A stretch of DNA of 64,000 nt from Chiloscyllium plagiosum (taxonomy: Eukaryota): the NCBI RefSeq assembly GCF_004010195.1, contig NW_025215371.1, positions 62,001 to 126,000 of the forward strand. Reading direction: 5' to 3'. Below the pieces are notes generated by a model, which was given only the letters and a program-made list of their open reading frames with translations, had not been told where the DNA came from and did no database searches. Shown piece by piece: positions 50,469 through 64,000 of the stretch. The translations under genes and the position numbers were made by a program. Each line of letters begins with the position of its first letter. The stretch's first letter is position 1.

Positions 50469-50832
50469 AGAACATAGAGCAGAGAAGAATACAGCGCAGT
50501 ACAGGCCCTTCGGCCGTCGATGTTGCGCCGATCCAAGCCCACCTAACCTACACTAGCCCACTATCCTCCATATGCATATCCAATGCCCGCTTAAATGCCC
50601 ACAATGAGGAAGTGTGCACCACTGCTACTGGCAGGGCATTCCATGCACTCACGACTCGCTGAGTAATGAACCTACCCCTAACATCTGTCCTATATCTACC
50701 ACCCCTTAATTTAAAGCTATGCCCCCACTATTTACCTGGGTGGCATCTTTCAAAGATCTGTGTACATGGACACCAAGATCCCTCTGCTCATCCATACTAC
50801 CAAGTATCCGACCATTAGCCCAGCACCCCATC
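50469..50832 (-). mobile_element. Internally deleted young CR1 3' fragment, right arm only
   Basis: Same family as 40112-40375; AATT at both ends; empty site at about 20902. Confidence 0.9.
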
Positions 50833-53800
50833 AATTGTCCCGTTTGATTTGAAGATGTGTTTATATGTGCCTACGTCATTTAAAAAATCAATTGTTTACT
50901 ATATTCAGAATACCTGTGTTAAAAAGAATGCATTTTTTAAAACAAAAACAGAAATTACTGGAAAATCTCAGCAGGTCAGACAGCATCCAGATGCTTTTAA
51001 AATGTAGTAATTTAACCATCCTCTAAGACTTCCTCTGATAGCTCATGCAATGCACACACCACCCTGTGCCTGAAAATGTTGCCCCGAGGCCTCCTCAAAG
51101 TCTTCTGCTCTCACTTTCAAACCAATATCCTCTAGTTTTGGATGCCTCTACCCTGTGGTGGGGAAAAAAACCCTGACTACTCACCCTCACCATTTCCATT
51201 ATGATTTTATAAACCTTTACTGCTGTGAAATGTGACTCAATCAACACGAATGGCAGTGCGTTCATCCAAAGACTATATTCAGAAATTCAAGACAGACATT
51301 TCTTCCTTCTCCATCAGTTTGTTTTGACATATCATGAAACCACTCTGTGGTATTTGAAATGAGAACTTTGTACCCGGAGATAGTGACACTACCACTACTC
51401 AGCAATAACCCCTAAAACTGCAATATTGTTCTCCTGTGCGTTTGTTCATGATCCTGTTCTGACTTGCTGTGACACACCTCCACAACAGGCAGGTCTTGAA
51501 TCCAGACCGCCTGGTCTAGAGCGAGGGAGAATACCACACATGTTTAGGAATGGGAATCGAATACAGAGTTCTGGCTCTGACGCAGGGGCACTAGCCAATA
51601 CACAAGATCTATACCATGCCCAGAATGTGGGTCACAGCTTTCAGCTCAGTGTGGATTTATTAAAACCTGTTTACCATTATTTAACAGCACAAAATATTTT
51701 TCATTGTTAAACAAACACAAAGTATTTGACTCAATTGTGGGATATTGAGTGCATATGTTGTGCCATCGAAGTAAACCAGATCTGAGTACGAAAATATTAG
51801 GGAAATAAATCCTGCAGATATACTCTGCACAATGAAGTGTCTCGAATAGTTATTCATTACTGAACACTAGAGATGACGAAAGAGCATAATTTCTGGCCCC
51901 AGAACACTGATCACTATTTCCAGTCTCGAACGTGTGACTGCCCTCTTCCTAAAACCATGAAATGATACAAAGCAGCTGATTACTGTCCAGCTTCTTGTCC
52001 CCACTGACTGTGTCTACAATCTGTCCCTCCTCCCCCTAACCACACAAGGCAAACCAAGCTCAGAATCTTTATGAAAATGAAGGCCAGAGTGTGCAGGCCT
52101 CCTGGAGAGGGGGGAGGGCATTTTAAAATTGGAGGGGGAGGTTGAGGAGGTGGTAATATCACACACTGAGCTGAGGAGTTGCAGATGGATCTTAATTTGG
52201 ATTAATATGAGGTATCGAATTTGGTAAAACAATCATGGCCAGGATCTATACAATTAAAAGGAGGGTCTTTGGTAGTGCTGCACAACAGAGACCTTGGCCG
52301 TCAGAAATAATTCTTTGAAATTTGTATCACGTAAAAATAGCCTGGTTAAGAAGGTGTTTAACACATTTGTCTTCATTTGTCAGTCCTTTGAGTATCAGAA
52401 TTGGGACGTCATGTTGAGGTTGTAAGGGACTTTGGTGAGGCCTCTTCTGGAAAACTGTGTCCAGTCTGCCGCCCAGGCAGCTCATTCCATTAACACCCCA
52501 CCCTCTGACTGAAAACATTGCCACTTAAGTCACATTTATTTTTTTGCCCTCATCTTAAATCTATGACCTCTTATCTTAGACTTCCCTGCTCTTAGAAAAA
52601 GCCTGTACTGTTCACCTAGATATTATTGACCTTGATATTAATAAGCTGGTGGGGGTTCAGAAGAGATTCACCTGGATAAAGCTAGGAATGGAGGGACAGA
52701 GCGTAAGGGCAGAATGGACAGGCTGGAACGTTTCTTTTTCAAGGAAGAGTGTGTGATTGAGGGGTGACATTATAGAGATTCATAAAGTCATGAGAGGTAC
52801 AGATAAGCTGAAGGGCCGATGTCTTTTCCCGAGAGTGGGGATTCAAGACTGGGGAGTATTTTAAGGTGAGAGGAGAAAGATTTACATGCATCATGAGAGG
52901 CAATTATTTTCGACAGAAGCTGGCTTGTGTGAGCAAGGAACTTCCAGAAAATGTGGTGGAAGTGAGTACAGTTACAGCATTTAAAAGACATTTAGGTCAG
53001 TACACTAATAAGAAATCAGTTTAGATGGTGCTGTGAGCACCTTCCCTCCCCCACTCGGTCTCTGAATGAATCCCAATTAGTTTCCTCCCTCTGCCAATGC
53101 CAGTACAGTAGCGTGGGGTGTCCAGCAGAGGGTGGCATTGCATCACATTAACCATCATAGAGACTATTAGACTTAACCCACACATAGACACACAGAGACA
53201 CTTACAGGAATTGTTCAGACACGGCGTTGAGTCAATCTGGTAATTCAAACTAATCGTTTAGGAAAGCTCAACTCGCCTCGTAAACTGTTAAAATTTCAAT
53301 GACAGATAACTCCAAAATTCCAATGTTTCAATTAAAACATTAATCTATTTTTTAACTCTGCAAGTGAACATTAAACATCAACTATTCACAACTCAATGAC
53401 TCCTTTCTCTTAAATCCGTACTACGTGCCTCCAACTCTATAACAATATATGTTACACTAAGACATTTATGAAAACTATATCAACTTCATTTCAAAACCAC
53501 GCAGTAGCTGTCATTTTAGGACTCTTCTTCTGCCTGAAGATCACCCTGGATCTTCTTTCTTTTTACTGCGAACATGTGTCATATTAAAAGGTACCATACA
53601 GAGAGGGTTTCCTAATTTCTTGGATCTGTGTTGATGGCATTTGCTGTGTCTGCAATTTTCAAAATACCTGCATTTTAAATATCAAGAAAATTAGATTGTC
53701 TCATTGGTTCGCTGTTGGAAAAGCAAAAAAAAAAAACTCGATTTTATTTTACTGTCATGGGGCATAATTTAAACTGATTGGTTAAATTCAAATTGTTGAC

Positions 53801-53929
53801 AAAACAGCAACCATCTCACGTTTCAATTTCACAGCCAAATATTACACGTTTTCAATTTTCCTTTCAAAGGAACATGGCATCTGGGTCTGCCACCTTGTCA
53901 TATACACACGGGCGTGAAAGCTCTCAGTT

Positions 53930-56900
53930 CATAAGACCATAAGACATAGGAGTAGGAGTAAGGTCATTCGGTCCATCGAGACCACCCCACCATTTAAACA
54001 TGGCTGATGGACATTTCAACACCACTTACCCGCACTCATCCTGTAACCCTTGATTTCCAGCAAGATCAAGAATTTATCAATCTCTTGAAGACACTTAATG
54101 TCCCGGGTTCCATTGTGCTCCATGGCAATGAATTCCACAATCTCACCACTTTTTGGCTGAAGAAATGTCTTCTCATTTCCTTTCTAAATTGACCTCCTCT
54201 AATTATAAGGCAGTGGCCAAGGGTCCTAGCTTGCCCACCTAACAGAATTTTTTCCCAGCTTCCACGCTTTCTGAGCCATTCATTATCTGGGATGTTTCTA
54301 TTCGATCTCCCCTCAACCTTCTAAACCCTAACGAATACATTCCCAGTATAATCATCCGTTCATTGAATGTTAGGCTTACATTGCCAGGGATCATCTGTGT
54401 AAATCTCCACTGGACACGGCCCCCGTATGTCCTTCCTGAGGTGTGGGTCCCAAAATAGGAAATGCATTCTAAATGAGGCCAAACTAAAGCTTTATAAAGA
54501 CTCAGAAACACATCGCTGCCTTTATATTCCAACCCTCTTGAAATAAATTACATTACATTTGCTTTCGTAATCACGGAATCAAACTGCAAGTTAACCTTTT
54601 CAGAATCCAGGACTAGCTCTTACAGATTCCTTTGTACTTTGGCTTTTTGAATTTTCTCACCATTTAGAAAGTTGTCCATGCCTGTATTCTTTTCTCCAAA
54701 GTACAAGGCATCTTATTTGCTCGGTTTGAATCTCACTGATCATTTCCTGGACCACTCTCTTCAACTGTTTAAGTCTTTTTGCAGCCTCTCCACCTCCTCA
54801 ATACTACCCGCCTAGGTAAAAACAATGACTGCAGATGCTGGAAACCAGATTCTAGATGAGTGGTGCTGGAAGAGCACAGCAGTTCAGGTAGCACCTGAGG
54901 AACAGTAAAATTGACGTTTTGGGCAAAAGCCCTGATGAAGGCTTTGTTCCTCGGATGATGCCTGAACTGCTGTGCTCTTACAGCATCACTAATCCAGAAT
55001 ACTACCCGCCTGTCCACGTAACTTCCAATCATCAGCAAACTTTGCCAGAATGCCTTCAGTCACTTCATCCAGATCATTAACATAAACTGAACAGTTGTGG
55101 CCTCAGAAGTTGTGGGACACCACTTTCACCGGCTGCCATTCCGAAAAAGAACCCTTTATCCCAATTTTCTGCCTTCTGTAAGACAGCTAATCCTCACTCC
55201 ATGCCAGTAGCTCACCTCAAACACCATTGGCCCTTCACCTTACTCAGCAACCTCCCGTGAGGCGCCTTATCAAAGGCCTGTCAAAAGTCCAGATAGATAA
55301 CAACCACTGGCTTTCCCTGGTCTAACCTACATATTACTTCTTCAAATAATTCTAACAGGATTGCCAGGGCCGACCTCCCCTTACTATATCCATGCTGGAC
55401 TTGTTCTAATCTGACCCTGTACTTCCAAGAATTTAGAAATCTCATCATTAAAAATGGCCTTTAGAATTTTAGTCACAACCGAAGTTAGGCGAATGTGCTT
55501 GTGATTTTTCATCTTTTGTCTTGATTCTTTCTTGAACAAGGGGTTTATAACAGCGATTTCCCAATCAACGGAGACTTTCCCTGACTCCAGTGACTTTTAA
55601 AATGTCAGAGTTAATGTCTCCCCTATTTCTTCAGCCACTTCCCTCAGAACTGATGTAGACAATCAGGGGCAGATACTTATCAATTTTTAGAAAGTTTTGA
55701 ATTTCGAGCACTTTCCCTTTTGTAATGGCTACCATACTCAACTCTGCTCCCTGAATCTCCTACATTGTTGGGATATTACCCATGTCTTCCACTGTGAAGA
55801 CTGATGCAAAGTACATATTAAATTCTTCAGCTATTTATTTATCTCCAGGCGCGAGCATTCCTGTTTCAATTTGCACAGCCCAACTTCTACTTTTGCCTCT
55901 CGTTTGTTTCTTATATGTTGAACGAAACTTCTACTATCATTTCTAATATTACTGGCTAGCTTACCTTCAAACTTGATCCTCTCTTCCTCATTTCTCTCTT
56001 TGTTATCTTCTGTTTGTTTCTGTAGCCTTCACAATCTCCCGATTTCCCAGTGCTCTTGTCCACTTTATAGGCTTTATCTTTCTCTTTGATACATGTCCTG
56101 ACGTCCTTTGTCAGCCATGGCTTCCCCTCGGATAACCTTTCGTCTCTTTGGGATGACGCTCTGTACTGTATCCTCAATTACACCATGAAACTCCTGCCAT
56201 TGTTGCTCTACTGTCTTCCCCGCTAGGCTCTGCTTCTAGTTGATTTTCGTCAGTTCCTTTCTCATGCCCCTGTAATTACTTTTGTTTGACTGTAACATCA
56301 TTACATCCGATTTTTCCTTCTCTCTTTCAAATTGTAGACTGAAATCGACAATATTGTTTTTGCTGCTTCCTAAGTGTTGCTTTACTTTAAGATCTTTTAT
56401 AAAGTCTGGCTCATTACATAGCACGAAATCCAGAATAGCCTGCTCCGTTGTGGGCTCCATCAGAAGCTGTTCCAAAAAGCTCTCATGAAAGTATTCTATG
56501 TATTCCCTTTCTTTGGATCCAGCAGCAACATTATTCACACAATCCATCTGCAGATTAAAGTTCCCTGTGATCACCGTGAACTTGCTTTACCTGCATGCTC
56601 TTTCTATTTCACGCTCTGTGATTCCTCAAATCCGTTGAATCATACTCCACATCATCTGACCCTATGTTCTTCACTGTCAGAGATTTGATTTTATTCTAAA
56701 CGAACAAGGCAACCCCGCCCCCTCTGCCCACCTGCCAGTCATTTCAGTAAGTTGCAAATCCTTGGATGTTTAAGTGTCAGACCTCAATTCTCTGCAACCA
56801 TGCCTCTGTGATACCTAACACTTCATTCACAATATTTTCGGCCGTTAATTCAATTGATTTGTTATGAATACTATGAACATTCAGGTGAAGCATCTTAATG

Positions 56901-59340
56901 CTAATTTTCTTATCCTCATGATTTCCAATATCTCGAGTAACATGTCCCAATTTATTCTTCCTTTTTGCTTCATTCCTAGTCTGTCTTGAACTTAAACCCT
57001 GCACACAAACTAACCAGCTGCTTATCTTTCTACTTTACTCTATACTCCCTGTTGCCTTCCCTTTTCCTTCCCCCCCAACTCACAGGTTTAAAGTCTAAGT
57101 GACCACGCTATTTATCCTTTTTGCAAGCACACTGGTTCCAGATCGGTTCAGGTAGACATCATCAGTACAGTTGTCCCCGGTTCCAAAACTGATGCCAATG
57201 TCTCATGAAATTGAATCCCTCTTTCTAACACCAATCTCCTAGCCACGTGTTTACTTCCTAATTTTCTTATCTCTATGAAAAATAACAGGTGGTTCGGGCA
57301 TCAATCCAGAAATTATGACCCTCAAGGACCTGTTCTTCAATTTCCTTCGTAGTTTTCGATAATCCCCAAACGGGTACTCCTTCCTAGCCTTGCCTATGTT
57401 GTTAGTCCCAACGTGGGCCACAACAACTGGATTCTGTCCCTCCCGCTCCAATATCCTTTCAAGCTGGTCGGAGATGTCTTGCACCCTTGGACTGGGCAGG
57501 CAACACACCATGCAGGACTCCCGATTCAAATCAGAAAGGATACTACCTGCCCCCATAATTAAAGAATCCCCTGCGTCTCTGTCTTGAATGGACTTCTTCA
57601 CCACGGTGCTGTGGTCAGCTGGCCCAACCTGTCTACTGCCCCTTTCATCAACTGTACAGGAGCAAAAATCTCATATTTGTTGGACAAGGTAAAGGGCTGA
57701 GGCTCCTCTATTCCTGAACTCGGAATCCCCCGACCTGCCTCACCGACAGTCACTCCCTGTAGTCCCTCATCACAAACTGAATTTGAATTACTTAATCTAC
57801 CGGGTGTCGCTGCCTTCTGAAACAAAGCATCCAGGTAACTCTCCCTGTCCCGGATGTGCTGCAGTGTTTGAAGCTCAGATTTCAGATCATCAACGTTGAC
57901 CAAGAGTTCCTCCAGCAACCAATACTTGCTGCAGATGTGGTCACTGCCTTCACAATGGGAATAGCCGATTCCTACGTCGTACACTACAGCACATCACCTC
58001 TCCAGGCATCTATCCATATTTAATTACTTCATACAGTTTTATAAATAACATAATTTCTCGTACTTCTCTTTGGTCTTATTATACTTACCAACTAAAACTG
58101 TTAATTAAACACACGATAAACAAGAAAAATCAATTGAAATGCCTTACCTTAGCAACACACGAGCAAAGGAAGAACAACGAAAATTTAAGCCCAGCAAGAG
58201 AACCTTCGGCTCTCCAAGCCTGAGACGATCCAAATCCACTGAACTCGCCCGATTCTGAAACATCTGTATCCCTCTGCTCTCCACCACCTCATGCATCTGT
58301 CCAGACGCAACTTAAATGAATCTACCATGCCTGCCTCTACTATATTTGCTGGCAATTCATTACAGGCACCTACCACCCTCTGTGTAAAGTACTTGCCACG
58401 TGTATACCCCTTAAACTTTTCACCTCTCACCTTGAACGTGTGACCTCTCGTTATTGAATCCCTCACATTGGAAAAAAGCTTTTACCCATCCACCCTGTCT
58501 ATTCTCTTCATGATTTTGTAGAATTCAATCAGGTTCCGCCTCAATCACCTTATTGCTAATGAAAACAATCCTAAACTCCTCAACCTCTCTTCATAGCTAT
58601 CATCTTGCACACTGGACAACTTCCTCGTAAACCTCCACTGCACCATCTCCAAAGCGTCCACGTCTTTTGGTAATGTGGCGACAAGAACTGTACACAGTAT
58701 TCTAAATGCAGTCGAACCAATGTCGTGTACAATTGTAACATGTCCTGCCAGCTATTATATTCAACAACCAGTCCGATGAAGGCAAGTATACTATGTGTCT
58801 TCTTGACCACTCTACACAACTGTGCAGTCACCTTCAGGGTACGATGGACCTCAACTCCCAAGTTTCTCTGCTCATCAACTTTTCCCTCGTCTCTTCCATT
58901 TGCAGTGTAGTTCGCTCTAGAATTAGACTTCCCAAAATACATCACATCACATTTGCCTGCATTGAACTCCATCTGCCACTTCTGCGTCCAATTCTCCAGT
59001 CTATCCATTTTCTCCTGTATTCTTTGATACTTCCCTATGCTTTCTGCTACTCCACTAATCTTCGTGTCATCTTCAAACTTACTGATCATAAAAGAGAGAG
59101 TTCTTGGTTTTGCTTAGAGAAGAAGGGCGGGTGGGAGACACTATAGGTGTAGTGTCTCGGGACTCAGCAGCTGCCCAAATCTATACCCGGCTGCCCCCTG
59201 CTCGTCGCTGTGGACTCTCCCTCTACTGCCCCTTTCAAAACGCTTCTTGCGTTCTACCTTTCCAGCAGCCCTCAGTTCTCTTCGCCCTCTCTCATCGCCG
59301 CTCTGTAGAAACGGAGTTTAGAACAGCATTCACCCTCTCT
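53930..59340 (-). mobile_element. Full-length decayed CR1 (mirror of 15445-19375 but retaining its 3' end), with a nested CR1 at about 58160-59090
   Basis: Tail cataagaccataagacatagg at 53930; RT ORF 54239..54532; endonuclease 56236..56574; ORF1 57251..57984. Confidence 0.92.
54814..54997. mobile_element. Fold-back Penelope terminal-repeat insertion with a 14-bp TSD
   Basis: aatactacccgcct at 54800-54813 and 54998-55011. Confidence 0.88.
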
Positions 59341-62300
59341 TAAAGGTACAGTGCACATGTTCAACACCATAACATCAATTTCCTGACATCAACACAGAGA
59401 AGTGGAGGCTGTCCAGATTTCTTTTGTTCCATATTTCATTCACTCCATCTGGTGTGTGTCAGTATTATTTTTCTCCATTGACACCATGGCATTATTTGAC
59501 TCAATCTCTCGGAATGTATCAATATTTCATTTGCTCACACTTGTGAGTGTGGTCGGATTTCTGTTATTTGATGGGGACTGTGACGTCTTATGGCAATCTC
59601 AATGTTTGTATATGACACCAAATCTGCAAGAATTGTAAAGGTTGTGGAGAACAGCGTGGAACACTAACAGGACAGTGATACGTTGGTGTAGTGTTCAGGT
59701 GTATGGGAGATTACGACAATGCAGAACAATGTGAGGTGATGCACTTTGGTAGGAAGGACATTGAAAGGCAATATAAAACAGGCTGCACCATTACAAAAGG
59801 GGTACAGGAACAGAGGGCCCTGAGTGTATGTGAGCACAGTTTATTGAAGATGTCTGGGCTAGTGGGGAAAGCAGTAAATATCGCAGATTAGTTTCAGTAT
59901 CTGAGCTGTTTTTCGGAGGAGGTGTAGGAAGGGGCCTCCCTGCTCACTTCCTGGAAGATCGTGGAGACGATGTGTTGAGAGCCCACCGTTCTGCCCACAG
60001 AGACCGTGGAGATTCCATTTGTAACACCTCGACACAAAAAGGAGATGACATCAGGGCCACAGCTTCTAAGTTGTACCGGGGAAACAGAACGAACAATGGG
60101 TTTTAAGTGAGAATTGCTCTTCACGGAACATTGCTAGTTACTCGGTTGGTGGGACGTGGACGTTTCAGAATCGCCACACGAGTCGTCCTGGTCTTCTCTG
60201 ACTCACACCAGGGTCTGCCCCACATGGCGGGGGGAGAGGGCTTCTGGGAACGGATAGCGGGCACTCCACCTCCCGGCTTGGCCCTTTTAGATCTATTCCA
60301 GTCTGCTCCTCCTGGAATGGGAGAAAGGAGGGAGTGCGTGAGGATGGGAGTGAGTGTCGTCGCTGTTAGTGCTGGTGTAGGCTGGGGGTGATAGTGCCTT
60401 GTCCGGAATGAGTCAGACCACAGTTTTGTATCCATGCGGTGTTATTAATACAATTTGTTGGGGGGGGGGAGGTCTGCGGTATAGAGAAGGAATGTGTGTG
60501 ATCGTGTGAGAGAAAGAGATGTAGGGTGGGGTGAGAGGTGCTCATGCCGCATCCAGTTGTGACAATGGTGTGTGAGAATAGATTTTATATTTAGAGATAT
60601 TATACAAAACTGAAAATGAGTTCGGTAGATCTCCCAATGAAGGAAGACATCTGTATGATTTTAATGAAGGATTTTTTATCAAATGGTCAAAGTATTGCAG
60701 AGATGATTCTGAGCGTGACAAAGATTGTTAAAAAACAGACAATGAGTGGTAGAGAAAAGGTATGCAGAGGACACAACGTCTGCAGAGGGATAGAGATAGT
60801 GTAAGTGAGTGGGCAAAGTCAGGCAGATGGAATACAACGTTGGTAAATATGAGGTCCTCCATTTTGGTTCCGAATAATTTTAAAATGACTATTTTTAAAG
60901 TTGTGAAAAATTGCAGCATCCTGCCGTGCAGAGTGACATGGGTGTTCTGGTACATAACACACATGACCTTTTTTTGCAGGTAATTAAGACGGGAAATGGA
61001 AGATTATTATTCATTGTTTAAGGGATTCAGTTTCAAAACAATGAGGTTATTCTGCAGCGCTATAGGGTATTGGTGAGGCCTCGCTTCGAGTACTGTGTGC
61101 AGATTTGGTCTCCTTACTTGAGAAAGAACGTATCAGCTCTGTAGTGGAGTTTCACTATATTGTTTCTAGAGTTCAGAGTGTTGAATAACGAAGAGAGATT
61201 AAGTAGACGGAATCTATACTCATTGGAATTTAGAAGAATGCGTGGGGACCTTATGAAAACATAAAACTATGAAGGAAAAAGATAAGATAGAAGCAGGGAA
61301 GTTGTTTTCACTGGCGGGTGAAACTAGAGCTAAGGGAAATAGCCTCTAAATGAGGGTGAGCAGATTTAGAACTGAGTTGAGGAGGAACATATTCACCTGA
61401 ATCTGTTGAATTCACTGTTAACTAGTGCAGTCGAGGCCAATTCTCTGAATGTATTTAAGGCAAACGTAGATTTTGGAATATTAAGGAAATTAAGAGCTTT
61501 GGCGAGAGGGCGGGGAAGTGGAGCTGAGTCTATGAAAATATTAACGATGATCTTATAGAATATCGTAGCAGGCTTGAGGGGCCAGATAGCTTATTCGTCC
61601 TCTATTTCCTTATGTTATTATGAATTAATTTCACTAATTAATGTGATTTTTATGCAAATAGCCAGTTTATTTGAGCTTGGGGAGAGATTCCCACCATCAG
61701 GCTGAGGAGACCTCACCAAACTCCCCACATTAATTGTTGTTCGAACCCTCATAGTAAGAATCACGTTGGGTTTACGCACACTTCTTACAGCACACTATTC
61801 TGAGAGCCACTCCTCGCTCACTGGAGAGCCTGGAATTCCCAGCATCCCGGGATACAGTACCATCTTTGAAAGCCCATAGTGCACTGACACATGCACAGTC
61901 AATCTCGACCTACCCTGCGCAGTCCCAGATATTGAGCCGGCACGTGGCAGGCAAGGGGACATTACTGCCCTCTCAAAACCCGCATTGTTGGCAGAAGCAT
62001 GGAGGTCCTCCTGGGTGGGACGGTCACAGGCAGGACTTCCCCTTTCCCCAGGACCAGGAGTGAGACCCATGACACTAGATCATGCCTCCCGGCTATGAAG
62101 GTGCCGCCCAGGTTCGAGCAGTCTCAGCCATCGGGAGGAATGGACAGCATTGTCGGGAGATCATTGTCCTTCTCCATTCCGACAGCATAAGGGGAGAGCC
62201 AGGGAGAATCTCAACATTCCCCTTGAAAAGAATGCACAAGAGGCAGCGAGATTTTCTTAACACCAAGAAAGGCGTCTGGAAACATCTTGCTGAACCTACT

Positions 62301-62529
62301 ATTAATCTCAGCACAGCCCCTGGTGTTCAGATTACACAGAATTAGTTTGGCTGGTGCTTAGAACTAGCAAGGTGGAAGAAATATTGGGGGAGTTAAACAT
62401 CGAAGGTAAAACTACAGGAGAAACTTTGTGCTTGATATCAACAGATATGCGAGAAATTGCTGGCAAAACCTATTGGGTCTCCTAGCATCTGTAGGAAACA
62501 AAAAAGCGTAGTCAGCATTTCAGATCTGG

Positions 62530-63985
62530 GGAATTTTCATCATCTCTTACATAATTGACCACGTTTTTGTCTTACCATGAATTACAGTTACCAGGACCTT
62601 ATCTTACAACAGTCCTCGAGACGTGCATGTGTCCTCATCCCTCAGCATTACAGACTGAGAGGATTCCGTGTCGCTTAATATGATCACCTTCTTACGTACT
62701 ACTCTTGGCCTATGTGAATAAACTTTATTCTTGCATGTATATTTTTTATTCAGATCTGGCTCTTCCTTTTAATCAATTTCTGATCATCTTATACACTCTC
62801 AGGCAGTTGTCTAACTTCCCTCCTGATATTGTTACTAGTCCAACAAAACCTCCAGGCTTGTCTGGTTTTCTCCTCACGCACTTTATTACAATGAAAACAC
62901 CGGAGTCTTTAAACTTCCTTGCCCCCCTCAAAGGTATCCTTTTTATCCTGTGGTAAGTTATCCTTTTGATCTTCACTTAGATCTACCTTTCTCTTTCCAC
63001 CTGAGGATTTCTCTTTGCCCAGTTTCTCTCCCTCGTGGACTGAAATTGATTCTGAAATCCAAACCGAGCTTTATGGATCAGCTCATAATCATCAGCCACT
63101 TCAGCTGCTAACCTCTCTGCTCTTCCACATGAGTTTGCATTACTTCAGGCAGTGATGTTTTTATTTCCTCCAAAATAATCATCTCTCTAAAGGCATCATA
63201 GGTTTGCTTGATTTTTAAAGTTCTTATCCATTTATCGAAATTACTCTGTGTGATCCTTCCAAACTTAAATATGTTTGACCTGCGTCCCTCCACAGATTCT
63301 GGTACAAGCTCGCATGCACTTAAAATGTGTTTTTTTTCACCTCCCCATACTCCTCTGATACATCCTGTGATAGTGCTGCGAACACCTCATGAGCCCTACC
63401 TATAAGTTTCATTTGGATCGACAAAACCAACATTAACAATGGTCACTACTTTTGTTTAGCCACCTTTTCAAATGATTTGAAAAAGGCTTCCACATTCTTC
63501 TCATCAAATTTAGGCAATGCTTGAACATACGTGAACAGTTTCTCACCGGACGTCTTACTATCAGGTACTTGCTCATCCTCACTAAGCCTACCCACAGCCT
63601 TTATCTCGAGCCTTTTGCGATGACTTTCCTTTTTAAGTGTCTGTTTTTTAAGTTTAAAAGCTCTCTAGTTTTCCCTCTCTTCTTTTTATGATCGTAACTC
63701 AACCTGTTTCATTTCTGCTGCCCTTTTATTATCTCTCACCTCCAACTCAAGCTGCTTCATTTGCAATTCAATTCTTGCCATTTCTTTCATTCTGATGGTT
63801 TCCCCAGCAAGTTTAAATGCTGAGCTACTGCTGTAATTATCTCTCCTTTCCTCACAGAATCAGACACTTCCAATTCCAGCTTCTCTGTTAATTCTTGCAA
63901 CTTTGTCTTACTCACTTTTTGCAAACCTTTCAAAGATACTGCATTTACATCCAGAAAACCATTGGCGACTGAAAGAGCTATTAGT
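62530..63985 (-). mobile_element. Mirror copy of the Gmr1-like SCAN gag/protease relic
   Basis: ORF 63108..63293 FDKWIRTLKIKQTYDAFREMIILEEIKTSLP; only one 48-bp unit is present. Confidence 0.85.
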
Positions 63986-64000
63986 ATCTCAAGCTTTGTC

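Larger units (their letters stand above)
44454..64000 (-). repeat. Right arm of the inverted segmental duplication (continues past the window end)
   Basis: Reverse complement of 10659-26556 plus arm-specific segments. Confidence 0.98.

Overview
This is repeat-saturated vertebrate genomic DNA. The HE1-type V-SINEs, CR1 tails, Penelope termini and Gmr1-like LTR elements point to a shark or other cartilaginous fish (inference). I found no intact, recognisable host protein-coding gene, rRNA, tRNA gene or CRISPR array, and most ORFs in the track are fragments of CR1 LINEs, Penelope elements or SCAN-domain Gypsy gag. The dominant structure is a large inverted segmental duplication: 10659-26556 mirrors 44454-64000, the right arm runs off the window end, and the inner boundaries are hidden by N gaps. 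The arms are nearly identical near the centre and clearly more diverged distally, and each carries its own insertions or deletions. The spacer holds a third, much older inverted copy of the same unit (about 27900-32700). All three copies keep a small AG...GT-bounded exon-like segment with signal-peptide character, and further decayed exon-like segments occur, which suggests a cluster of decayed, unidentified genes. Other points of interest are minimal hammerhead-ribozyme motifs in Penelope termini, fold-back Penelope insertions with long target-site duplications (TSDs), template-switch minisatellites, and a Harbinger Myb/SANT relic. Family assignments are by eye from motifs, and identity figures are rough visual estimates, not computed.
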